Shown piece by piece: positions 51,135-62,830 of a DNA stretch of 64,000 nucleotides. Position 1 is the first letter of the stretch. The number at the start of each line of letters is the position of its first letter. The position numbers and the translations under genes are program-made. The notes under the pieces were generated by a model. It saw only the letters and a list, made by a program, of their open reading frames with translations, had not been told where the DNA came from and ran no database searches. The stretch lies in NCBI GenBank assembly GCA_013265495.1, contig MU058213.1, positions 6,774,066-6,838,065 of the forward strand. The letters run 5' to 3'. This DNA comes from Vicugna vicugna (lineage: Eukaryota).

Positions 51135-51350
51135 ACGGTGCGCGCTGGGACTCCGCAGCCGAGCTCGGCCGCCCGCGGAGCGCACCGCCAGAAGCGCCGC
51201 GGAGTGGGCGGCGCGGGGCGCTGCGGGCCTGAGCCGCTGAGGTCAGAGACGCGCAGAGCCCAATCGAGCCGGGACGCGGCGCGCCGGGAGGGACGCGGCG
51301 AGGAGCAGCGCTATCCCGGATGCGGACGCGCAACTTGGGGTAACTTTAAG

Positions 51351-51630
51351 GTGAGCCGCTCTCGGTTGCATCCCTGCCCCTCGTCCCCGCTCCAGGTCCA
51401 GGCTTACTTGCAGGCTACCCTCGCGTCATTCGCGAGCTTCCCCTCTCGTGCCCCCTGGCCGCGCCCCGCTCGACCCTGAAAGTTGCTGGCTACAGAGCTC
51501 GGGCGCTGGCTGATCCAGCGCCGCAGCCCGTACTCGCCACTCCCGAAGTCTATACTGGGCCTGGCTGACCTAGCGCTATCTATCTGTATGTGCATCCACT
51601 TCCTCCTCTATTATCTTCCCCCTTTCCCAG
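51351..51630 (+). other. FOXB1: FOXB1 5' UTR intron (280 bp)
   Basis: Donor AAG|GTGAGC at 51350/51351. Long pyrimidine tract ending TTTCCCAG|A at 51630/51631, 50 nt before the ATG. Fits a two-exon gene with a non-coding exon 1. Confidence 0.85.
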
Positions 51631-51680
51631 ATCCGAGCAGGCCCGTGCGGACCCAGAGCTAGAAAAGGGCAAAGAAGAAG

Positions 51681-52658
51681 ATGCCTCGGCCCGGCCGTAA
51701 CACGTACAGTGACCAGAAGCCGCCCTATTCGTACATCTCGCTGACCGCCATGGCCATCCAGAGCTCGCCCGAGAAGATGCTGCCGTTGAGCGAGATCTAC
51801 AAGTTCATCATGGACCGCTTCCCCTACTACCGGGAGAACACGCAGCGCTGGCAGAACAGCCTGCGCCACAACCTCTCCTTCAACGACTGCTTCATCAAGA
51901 TTCCGCGGCGGCCAGACCAGCCCGGTAAGGGCAGCTTCTGGGCGCTGCATCCCAGCTGCGGGGACATGTTCGAGAACGGCAGCTTCTTGAGGCGCCGCAA
52001 GCGCTTCAAGGTGCTCAAGTCGGACCACCTGGCGCCCAGCAAGCCCGCCGACGCTGCGCAGTACCTGCAGCAGCAAGCCAAGCTGCGCCTCAGCGCGCTG
52101 GCAGCCTCCGGGACGCACCTGCCCCAGATGCCCACCGCCGCCTACAACCTGGGCGGCGTGGCGCAGCCCTCGGGCTTCAAGCATCCCTTCGCCATCGAGA
52201 ATATCATAGCGCGCGAATACAAAATGCCTGGGGGGCTGGCCTTCTCCGCCATGCAGCCGGTGCCTGCTGCCTATCCACTCCCCAACCAGTTGACTACCAT
52301 GGGCAGCTCGCTGGGCACTGGTTGGCCACACGTGTACGGTTCCGCAGGCATGATCGATTCGGCCACCCCCATCTCCATGGCTAGTGGCGATTACAGCGCC
52401 TACGGGGTGCCATTGAAGCCTCTGTGCCACGCAGCGGGTCAGACGCTGCCCGCCATCCCCGTGCCCATCAAGCCCACGCCGGCCGCAGTGCCCGCGCTGC
52501 CCGCGCTGCCAGCGCCCATCCCCACCTTGCTCTCGAACTCGCCACCCTCGCTCAGCCCCACATCCTCTCAAACAGCCACCAGCCAAAGCAGCCCCGCCAC
52601 TCCCAGCGAAACGCTCACCAGCCCGGCCTCCGCCTTGCACTCAGTGGCGGTGCACTGA
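51681..52658 (+). CDS. FOXB1: Forkhead box protein B1, 325 aa, coded in one exon
   Basis: ATG..TGA ORF. N-terminal forkhead domain ([15 protein letters not shown]...[35 protein letters not shown]...[10 protein letters not shown]), eh1-type motif FAIENII and C-terminus ...ALHSVAVH match FOXB1 as I know it. Lacks the His/Pro/Ala runs of FOXB2. Confidence 0.98.
   Translation: MPRPGRNTYSDQKPPYSYISLTAMAIQSSPEKMLPLSEIYKFIMDRFPYYRENTQRWQNSLRHNLSFNDCFIKIPRRPDQPGKGSFWALHPSCGDMFENGSFLRRRKRFKVLKSDHLAPSKPADAAQYLQQQAKLRLSALAASGTHLPQMPTAAYNLGGVAQPSGFKHPFAIENIIAREYKMPGGLAFSAMQPVPAAYPLPNQLTTMGSSLGTGWPHVYGSAGMIDSATPISMASGDYSAYGVPLKPLCHAAGQTLPAIPVPIKPTPAAVPALPALPAPIPTLLSNSPPSLSPTSSQTATSQSSPATPSETLTSPASALHSVAVH
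52188..52208 (+). other. FOXB1: eh1 (Groucho/TLE-binding) motif FAIENII in FOXB1
   Basis: TTC GCC ATC GAG AAT ATC ATA fits the FxIxxIl eh1 consensus found in many FOX proteins. Confidence 0.8.
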
Positions 52659-54103
52659 CCCGCAGAGGCCGGCGCCCCTTCTTGTTCCCCTCCCCGCCAG
52701 CTCACTCGCCTTCCCTGGCTCCCAGTCCTGCCCTCCCCGACCCGGGACCGCCACCTTAACTTGTCCATTTCACCTTAGGCCTACCCTCTCTCCCCCACGA
52801 GAACTTTGTTTCAGGCCCAGGAGACAAAACACAAACTTGCAGATGGGCCTGAAGGCGCGTGGGAGCTGTCCTCGTCCCCAAGAGGGGAAGGCAGGGGGCA
52901 CCTGAACCCAGTCGTCCCATTCCCGGGACCCCCGAAACCCCCTCCCACTGAAGAGGCATGGGAAATCCTGCCTCCCGGCGTCTCGGAGAGGAGCGCCTCT
53001 TCGCTCGGCCCGGATCTGCGGGGCTCCGGCCACGGCCAGTTAAGTTTCAAGCCCAGAGAAACCGCCTCAGAGGCTTCCTCGAACGATCTTCCCTGAGGGC
53101 TGCAGCCGCACAGCGGAGGGCCAGATCTCTGTTTACGTCTTGGAAATCTGCCGCGAAAAAGGACCGCTAATCTTCCCACCCTACTCGCCTCCGCCCATCC
53201 GCCAGGGGCTGGGCGGACCACAGCTTCCCGGAGTAGCGGCCCTGCCTCCCCGGCTTCTGGGGAGGTTTTGGTTTTTTTTTTTCTTTTTCTTTTTTTTTTG
53301 TATTGGGTTTTGTTTCCTGCCAGAGGCTCCAAGGCGCTGGGAGTTGAGGGGAGAGACTACCAAGCTGGGAAGGGGACGTTTGTTCTCCATACAAGCAAAA
53401 CAAAACTAAAAGTAACCTTGTATGTTTACAAAGCGCCCGGTAAAACGTAAACAGTGAACTTGAATCTGTATTGCTTGGCGGGCGAGCGGGCAAAGCCCAC
53501 TTCACAAGTACCTGTTGTAATGTGAATGTTTACTCTGCATTTCTGGCCAGGTTTAGGGGAGGGAAGGGGGGATGGGAATGTCAACTTTCCGATTACTTAG
53601 AGACCTTTTTAGCTATTTATTTTATTGTTGGAAGGGGAGGGGGAAGAAAGAAAGAAAAAAGAAAGAAAATGAAGTAAGTCCAAACTAAGAAAGCATCACG
53701 GGCAACCCTAGAAGAACTTGACTGGTAACATGAAGGAGGTGTCACCGGATAGGTCTCCCATGGACAAGGCTTTCTGTTTGCTACAAGAACTTTTCCAAGA
53801 AGCTAAAGGGCTGCAAAGAGATGTAAATGGTTGTGAATAGGAATGATTATACACTGTGTAAAATGCACTTTTGTTTGCTATATTCCTTTAGAGTCTTAGG
53901 TAATTTGCTGGAAAACGAACTGTTGTTCTGGTGTGACCTGCTTAAGTTAAAAAAACAAGTTGTAGTGTCATCAGAGCTGTACAATTTTTACCTTTCATTT
54001 TTTCTCCCTCCCTGTACAGAATTAGCATGGCATTTTAAATATTGATGTTCTTGTTCCAAGCATGCCTGTTTTAAGACAAAGAATTTTAAAAAAAGGTGTC
54101 TAC

Positions 54104-54180
54104 ATTAAATTATGATCCTAGTCCAAATAATATTTTCTCATTAAAATATGTAAAGTCAAGTTTTAGTTTCGCGTGTTTTT
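54104..54180 (+). terminator. FOXB1: Candidate FOXB1 polyadenylation region
   Basis: ATTAAA at 54104-54109 and 54140-54145, followed by a GT/T-rich tract (TTTTAGTTTCGCGTGTTTTT). Would give a 3' UTR of about 1.5 kb. Confidence 0.45.
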
Positions 54181-56557
54181 GAAGAGTTGCTACAAACAGT
54201 AACTTTACAAAAGATGGATGTCATGCTTCTCTAAGCATGCTTTCTGTGATTCATGGTCTGAGTAGTTTGTCTTTTTCATGGCTTATTTTTAAAACAAACT
54301 TCCTCTTATGCACTTGCAGACAGGGGAGAAATTATTCAGATGGCCCCCTGAACTTATCTACAGAGAGAGAAAGATGAAACGAACAATTTCTAGTACAGAT
54401 CAGGTGCACAGGTGTAGTACTGATAGAAAAACTGTTCATGAGAAAACAGTACTTTATATGTATTTTGTCTATCTTAAAATATACCTTTTACAAAATATAC
54501 AGCACTTATATAAATCTAAAACTTCTGTAGAAATCAGGTAGAGTCCATATGGAGATATAAAATGTAAAAGCAAACTTGCTTACTGAATACTTATATTCTT
54601 ATACATCTTACATTCATTTCTCTGCTCCTTTAAATTATTGCAGTCATTGAAATTTTCTTTTCCAAAGTTACCTCAAAGTTCACCTTGCCTGTCAAGAAAC
54701 CTGTTCACTTTGAATTGAACAGATTTCTCTTTACTCCTTCATAGGGGAAAATAATGCTGTTGCATTTATTTTAAAGAAGTGGATGAAGTCACTTTAAATC
54801 TAGACTCTAAGTATTTGCTTTTCTTCAGATTTTTGCAGAGAATTAAAATTTGCCAAGAATGCATGGCTGAAAGCCAACTGAGACTTCATTGAAAGGGTCA
54901 CAATATTTCTAGAGTGAGGTGTGTATTCAACTAATGAAGTTACAAGACAAAGAAAAAACTTAAATGGTGATTAACACTTTACTGTGTAAAATGATTAAAC
55001 AAGAGACCCTTCTGAGGCAGAGAAACCCACAGAGAAATCCTGATCTCTATACGCCACGAAGAGAACCTTAGCACCTGCGACCCTTATATGTTTAGGGGGT
55101 TATCTGAAAAAAAATTTAGGATTAATGCAAAGGGTAATTAATCCTGTTGTGACCATTTTTTTTTTAAAAAGGAAGGATCCCACACACAGCCAAAAAAAAA
55201 AAGGTGGAAAATAAATGAATCATTGGACTGATTAAAATGCATGAAGCCACTAAAGCTCGTCAGACAAGGGACAACTAAACTCATTCATCAAGCCCAATTC
55301 ACAATTATATCAACACGATCAGCTAAAGAAAGCCTGGAAAACTTATCCACCCTGGGCCAGGAAACTCTTGAAACTTTGTTCTCAACCAGAAATCATCTAC
55401 ATTTTAAAAAACGAAATACCCTTTCATCACTTCCTGCAAAATAAAATTAAAGCCATCTCTGGAATATTCTAATCTCCTTGAATTCACTAAGACTGAATTT
55501 GAACTGGGAATGAAGGAAGCGTAAAGGGCTAACACGGGGCCTCAGACATTTTATAAATTATCAGCTGAGATACTCAGGTAAAATATTCTTCCTATAATAG
55601 GCAGGAGAATTCAGAGGTAAGTGATGTGTTCATGCACACATTTAATAAATGGAGGTAAATAAGATGCAGATCCTACTTCTGATTTTTAGAAAAGGAGTGA
55701 TTTCAACTCCGTATTTGAAAATGTGCTTTTCAGCTGGTAAGTTCGTCATGGTGTATTGCAAAGAATGAAATAACTTGGGCATTGTGAGCCCTCCTTTCAC
55801 CACTGCAGGCATCTTTTCTCAGATGAAGTTGAATGAGTAAAGTAAAAAATCCATTGATGATATGTTGACCTTGATCAGAAATCCAAAGGCAGCCCAAACA
55901 CACATGCCTCCACCCCACTCCAACCCCAGCTTTGAGACCTGCACCCGGTTTAGCTGAAGTACCCCACAAATAAGGAAGTTTATAACTATGATACCTTCAA
56001 TGGCTCTCTTTGTCATGTTGAATCTTTTCACCTGGCTCAAGTCCAAAGTCAATACACACAGCTTTAAAATAAAACTGGGAGAGACAATAATACCATGCAG
56101 TGAGGTGTATGTTCCGGGTCTTATCCTGAGAATGGACTTCAGTTAGTTTATTTTCTATTTTGTAAATTTGGGCAGTATTGATTTTTTTTTAATTTAGGTT
56201 TTTGATTTGGAAACTTGGCTATTCTGTTGCTTTTGGTCTTTAACATGCTTCTGTGCTCGACTCTGTTTTCAGATGGCTTTCTCTGTGATTTGGGGAAATG
56301 CTTCCACAATGGATGAGTTTCGCGCAGAAGTTCTCACTTGTTCTTATTGCCTGGGTTGGGGTTTTTGAGCAGCCTGAAGACTAGCAGGAGCGTTGCTAGT
56401 GAATGATCCTCAGAACGGCTTAAATATTACAGCAGCAAGTTTAACTTCTCTAAAACAGATGAGAACATTGAATGTCTTGGAAGCATAAATCTGGCCAGGT
56501 GCTCAAGTGGGATGAAGTTGGTAGGTGGGAGGGAGAAAGAATCCAGTGGAGTGCTTC

Positions 56558-56723
56558 TTTTTTTTTTTTAATTGAAGTATAGTTGATTTATAATGTTGTG
56601 TTAATTTATGGTGTACAGCATAGTGATTCAGTTATACATATATATTCTTTCTTCTATTCTTTTTCATTATAGGTTTTACAGAATATTAAGTATAGTTCCC
56701 TGTGGTGTAGAGTAGGACCTTGT
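56558..56723 (-). mobile_element. Short L1 3' end insertion
   Basis: polyT followed by AATTGAAGTATAGTTGATTTATAATGTTG, the same 3' UTR family as 423-448. Confidence 0.85.
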
Positions 56724-59700
56724 GTAAGAACAGAAGGTTTTACATTAGTTTATGCAAGGCTTGGGAGGAATGTTGAGGGGTGGTTTATACTTTTGCAAAT
56801 GGAAACTCCCTCTGCAAAAGATATCCATTTAAGAAATGGCAAGCAATTAAAAAAAAAAGAAGAAAAGAAATGGCAAGGATCAGGATCTGTTCTCTAATTC
56901 TTAATATAAATGTCAATTAATTTTTCTTCTCCTAAAGCCACAGATGCACAGAGATACTCAAACAAAAACAAAACAAAAACAATCCAACCCACCGGCTGTG
57001 AAGCCTCAAAGGGGATGCATTTGTTTCGTTTAAACTAACAACAAATTATCTAATTAATATGTTTCAATTACAGCATGAAAGGCACAGCCCCTGGACCGCC
57101 TGCCGTGGGGGCACAATGGCCCCAGAGCCCACTCTAGGAATTTACAATAACTTCACATCTGTTTCTTTATTTCGCACTTTTGGAGTCTAAAACTCCTCTC
57201 AAGATCACTTCAAACCACGGCCGGAGTTATGAAATATGTCCCGGTGTTAAAGGGGTACCAAACTTTGCCCACGGATGCTTCATTTGCAAGCAAAAAAGTG
57301 AAAGCCCATTGAAGAGCTTTAAACAAATATATTAGAATTCTGTCACTTTATGCAATTGAGTAGATCAAATGAAGGGTCCCGGCCACTTCATTCACTCGAA
57401 TAGAAAATGCAAAGAATAGCAACCCGAGACTGGGCCACCGATGTAGATTTAGCTCCTTTTTACTGGGAGACAAAAAGGCTGAATTTTCACAAACACATTG
57501 CTGACTCGGGGACTAGGAAACCGGCACTGGAACCCCTTTGGAATTTAAATTCATTTTATCTTCCTCTCTCTTTGCGGGGATCTGTTTGCACTACAGTGCA
57601 AGATGCAGCAGGCATCCTCTGGCTTCTGAAAAAATGGGGGAGGGGAAGAAAGGGAGTGGGGGTGGGTTCTGTGGCCTCAGGATTCTCAAGGAGCTCTTGG
57701 TGGTCAACTTACACTCAGGTCTGAGATAATAACTTTGATTTAAGCAAATCTTGACCTACCTCAATATAAACATCATTATATCACACACCTCTCCTAGTCT
57801 CTTCCCTCCTTGCTTGGCATGGATTACGCAAATAGCTGGTTTTCAAAGACCAAATTCACATCTGGGTCATCCAGTTTTCTTCTTTCAACTACTCTCTGGT
57901 CATTGGTGTCACAACAGACTTGAAAGCTGAGCTTTCAACCTCACCTGCTCAATACTGTTCTCTTCCTCTGTCTCCCTCTCTCATATGCACATGTGCACAC
58001 ATACACACCACATTCTGATCGCTACCCTGTCTGAGCACTGTGACTGTAAATTTGTTATGTAAAGATCAGGAGACAGAGACATTCTTTGGTTAGAATTTCC
58101 AAGTCAGAATCCTCTGACATTTTCATTTCCTACTCTCAGGGGGGAAAAGAACAAGCCACATGTGTCCAGGTAATTGAGATAACCTCGTGGCGATACTTCT
58201 GTCCTGTGCCTTCGATGGTTGACACTGTTGTTTGGTGAACTCGATAGATTGTTACTGTCGACAACATCTTAGAAAGCTTACAGTGACTGTGAGGGCTGCT
58301 TCTAGAGACAGCAGGGAAAGATAAAGTGGCAGACTTAGCTTCTGGGGTGGGAGAGCAGAGAAATAAACCAGTTTTCCTCAAACTTGAAGTCTAAATGAGA
58401 TCTGATCTGAAGAAGGAAGTATGTGGAGAATTTTATATTGTATTTTAAAATTTGCCTGGTACTTTTTCCAGGTACATCAAAACCGTGCATGTTTTTCATT
58501 TTAACTTCAAGATTTGTAAGGTCATATTTGACACTAGTCTTCTTTTAATTCGTGGGATTAGTGTCTGGAGCTGGGGACAGGAAGTAGCTCAGAACTACAG
58601 ATACAAAAAAGATACTGAAGAAACAGCTGGTTGTTTTACAACCGCAAGGTATTAAACTCACCAGAACTAATAATAAACAACAAAATAATCAGAATTACAA
58701 AATAATCAGAAATTATCCATGAAAAATTGTAGTTGGCTAAATAAAACCTTCCTTGGAAGATTTTCCTTCCAGAAGTTTTCAAGATTATATGGACAAAGCG
58801 TTCTTTGGAGGCAGCCTCCTTTTGCCTGTGTCTGCAAATCACTGATGTCAAATCAGTTGCAAGCTTTTGAAGGAACAAACTCGGAGCATTAATTAGAGCA
58901 GATTAAGCTCACAGAGAAAAACCATTCTTTAAGTATCTGTTGTTTGGAGACATTGTGATTTTGATTCATGCTTCACAGCCTGTATATTTTTATTTACTCA
59001 GTTAATTTCTTCCCCAGAGTGTTCCCCGTTGACTGGGTTTATTAAGGTACACAGTGCAGAAAGAATTGTTGGTTTGCAGAAATAATTATTTTCAAACTCT
59101 GCCTTTGCTATAGATTTCTCTCCCTTCTCTCTGAAATACAATGCATTGGTCCAATGATTCCAGCATATAGTTGCATACAGAGAAATTGTTCAATAAAGGA
59201 TCTTAATTTTGTGCCACTTAGAGAAAGCTTAGTATTTATTAAGTAGTATCTAGAGTGTTTTACATTAATTAGAGCAGCTCCTTGGAGAGACATTACAGCC
59301 AAGAATGGTTTCACACAACAGGAAAACTCTGAGCATCTCAACTCCCCCACTAGATCTGCCACAGTGAAACACAAAGCTGCAAGTGTCTGCTCACTCGGAA
59401 ATACCAACATATATTTTATTTATCTACATATGTTCGATAGACAGACTGAAGTTCTCTGTACAACAATAAAATGATCACTGCAAAGTTCCCTATCACCCTG
59501 GGTGCCACGATATTTAGGTCAGATACAAAACAACAACAACCTGAAATGATGCTCTGTCTCTAGATTCCTGATACGATTTCATGCCAGGAAAACAAAAACA
59601 AAAACAAAACTGACAAATGATTATCTAACCCTCCCATGTTCAATGGGTAAGTCAGTCTGAATCAAACATTTCTGTGACTGCCTGGAAGATGCTAACAGTT

Positions 59701-60269
59701 CTCGTCCTTGTGTGTGTGTTGGTGGGTAGGGAGGGAGCTGGGGAGAGTAGGAGAGACAGGCAAGGGTGAAATTTTATGACTCTCAGATTAGTCCAGATGG
59801 TATATACATGCAGCGACTCCTGCCCCCAACACAGAAGAAGAACTGACTGCATGAATGGGAGTTCTAAAAACAGTTCTGTTCCTTTAGTTTAGGTAAAGAG
59901 GCTACGCTACACCAACGAGAGTACTGCCTGTAGGTTCCAGCCGTGATACTGTTTGTACAATTTAAACACGTGAAACGCATCTGAATTTACTTGTGGCTGC
60001 TACTGGTTTTAATAAAAGGAGAATCCCTCCCATGAAACAAGAAAATGAAAATGATTAACTTTGACATAGAAATATAAACAGCAATTTGATTAATTATATT
60101 GCTAATTATTCTTTGCTGTGCAGCCAAACATTATCCAATTCTAAAAATGACAGATGCCGAATAAATCTTATAAAATAATCATTCGGAGTTTCACTGCAAT
60201 GAGAAATTTTGGAGTTTATGGAGAGATTTATATTGATTATTAAATATATATTTGGTTTTGTTCTATTCT

Positions 60270-60650
60270 ATTTCATTTAGAAATTTAATTTTTACTGTAA
60301 ATGTATTACAACTATGTAATAAAAATGTTTTCCTGTATTTTCCTATGCGTATTTTAAAAGAATCAAGTTCTCTCTTCAGTATTTTCCATAATTATAATCA
60401 GTATACATGTATTTGTATATCCTGCTTTTCCCTAGGATTATATCACAAGTATTTCTCATGTTTCCCCATGTTTTCATAACATGGGAATACATACTTTTCA
60501 TAACCATAGATATTAATGCTTGTATAGCCTGTCAACTGAATTCCCCTGGTTGAGGCATTTTGAATGTTTCTAGATTTTGTTTGCTTTCTGGTTTGTTTTG
60601 CTAATTTCACAAAGACTGTTGCAGTGAACATCTTTTATACATAATTAAAC
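60270..60650 (-). mobile_element. Old L1 (L1ME-like) 3' fragment
   Basis: GTTTCTAGATTTTG...GTTGCAGTGAACATCTTTTATACAT, an antisense L1 motif. Confidence 0.55.
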
Positions 60651-62039
60651 ACTGTTTCCAGTGATGTGAAATACGTTAACATTGGCACATGGACTTCCCT
60701 AACAGCTCCCCGCAAATTCAATATTGTAACTTAATTTAGGATCCCACTTCAGGTCTTACATTTCCATAGCTCTCTGCCCTCAACCCAGAGCAATACTGCT
60801 GGACTTACAATCATAAAGACATCGAATGTTAGAGCTGGAAATATCCTGAGAGGTTCCAGGTAAACCAATTATTTTATTTGGAGAATTGCATTTATATACC
60901 TCTTTATCTACATCCAAATCATTTAACAACACCAAAGCCAAGGTCTGAAAGTAAAACAAACGTTCAGTATTCTCACCCATGCCAGATCAACACAACCAAA
61001 AAAAATTAGAAATCACAAATGTACTGAAATTGTCAAATTGAAGGCTTTTTTTAACCTGATAACAAAATCTCACCTCATTGTAAGGCAATTTACAAAGCGG
61101 GACGAGCTGCAGCCTTTTTAAGAGGGAGTCTTGGGTAGTTTGTCAACTGGAGGGAATGGTCGCTGCTCAGTCCCAGGGCTAAAGAGAAAGGGATCCATCC
61201 TTATGTCTGAACCATTTCTTGAGTCTGTGATCCCCTCCTGACACTGAAAACAAGTGGTCTTCCAGACAGAGTCTAGAGGGTCCAGGCTCACAGCAGCTGA
61301 TACTACCTCCTTTCTTTGGCTGCTCTGAGATTTTAATTCTCAAGATGGGACATAGCAGGAGGGGCCCTGGGGTGGGGATGGCCAAAATGGGCCAGGAACC
61401 TGAGCTTCAGATTTTTGTCTCATTATTGCAACATTTTGTATCAACCTTTCTTTTATGACACTTTCAACGTCTGATTCCCTGACTCTAGGTTCTTGAGCTC
61501 TTATTTATTTTAGTAAAGTGGCTTAACACTATGTGACACACGACACAGGTATCAATCAGGTACTTGTTTGAAGAACATGCAGGCAGCCTGGTGCAGAACC
61601 AGAGAGAAAAACAAGCAGGAAAAGTGCCATCACTAGTGGCTAAGGTTGACATCATCTCCTGAATTGGAATTGGTGTTTTTTGGTAGGAAAAAAAAAAGTC
61701 ATGGAACCAAATGAATTTGTTCACAGTGACTTTCCCATATTCCCAGAACATCCCATACACCATCCCCTGAGCTGATCACTCCTACCCTCAGCTTGGCTCA
61801 CTTAACAAAGAGAGGAGAGACAGAAGAGGAAGGAAAGAGGGAGGCTGGGAGGAAGAGGAGAAGCTGGATGAAAATCCAGTGATGCTGCTAGCATGGTTCT
61901 TTAAAAGAGTTCCCTACCACATCTCCTTTTAATTCCTTTCTAGCCAATTCAGCTCAGTCTGATTCAGCTCAGCCTGGTAAGAATTCAACAACTATCATAA
62001 GCACCATTGGCACAAACAAGGTCTTTCAAGAACATATTT

Positions 62040-62830
62040 TGGTCAGAAGACCTGAGTTTGAGTCCTAGTTTTGACACCTTTTACCTAAATGGTTCTGAGC
62101 AGGGCTCCCCAGCTCTGTTACCCTTCTCTCAGAGGTGAATAAGGTGCCCTCAATGGCTTAGGGATCAAGTGGGGCAGAGCAGATGAAAGCGTTCTGAAGT
62201 GCTGTGCAAACTTAAGTCCTATCACCGTCCATGATGGAAAGTAAAGTAAAAATTGCTATTAAAAAATGGTCCCACCTCAGAGGAATTTAGTCTTAAGCTC
62301 TTCAGGACAGACAGCAGACTCGCAGAGGGGAGGTCTGTTTTTCATGCTAGTTGTTAACACCCCAGTTTTCACCGTCTGCCCTCCTGTTGGCAGTGGAAAA
62401 GGGGTGCTAAGGTGAAGGAAACTGTTGCTCCTTTTTTCCATATTCTCCCAAAGTGGGCTTTTTCACAGATTTTAAGATAGGATGTTGACAAAGTGTTATT
62501 ACAGTTGCTGAAAGGATATGAGAGGAAAGAGTGTGACAGTCTTTTGGGGACACTTTTAGTCTTCTTTGCCCTACCAACCAATGGTAGAAGCTACTTCCCT
62601 GCCACTTGAAAAAATTTAATGAATGACTATGTAGTGTTTACCATGTGCCAGGTACTGTTCTAAGTTCTTTACAAATAATAGCTCATTTAATTTAATCCTA
62701 ATAACAGCCTTACGAATAGGTGCTTTTTACTATGCCCATTTTACAGATGGGGCTATCGAAGCACAGGTGCCTCACTAATTTGTCCAAGGTTACTTAGCTA
62801 GGAAGGAGTATCAATGCCCAATAGACTCTC
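62040..62830. mobile_element. Two MIR fragments (about 62040-62220 on +, 62610-62830 on -)
   Basis: GTCAGAAGACCTGAGTTTGAGTCC and TGTGCCAGGTACTGTTCTAAG...CCCATTTTACAGATGGGG. Confidence 0.8.

Larger units (their letters stand above)
50620..53260. promoter_or_regulatory. CpG island covering the FOXB1 promoter, gene body and proximal 3' UTR
   Basis: Very high GC and dense CpG by inspection. Confidence 0.9.

Noticed and set aside
50835..51479. 214-aa + strand ORF with poly-Ala upstream of FOXB1
   Set aside because: GTG start, runs through the promoter, the hexamer repeat and into the intron; low complexity expected in a CpG island.
51576..52640. 354-aa antisense ORF over FOXB1
   Set aside because: A typical shadow of GC-rich codon usage, with a non-ATG start and no recognisable domain.
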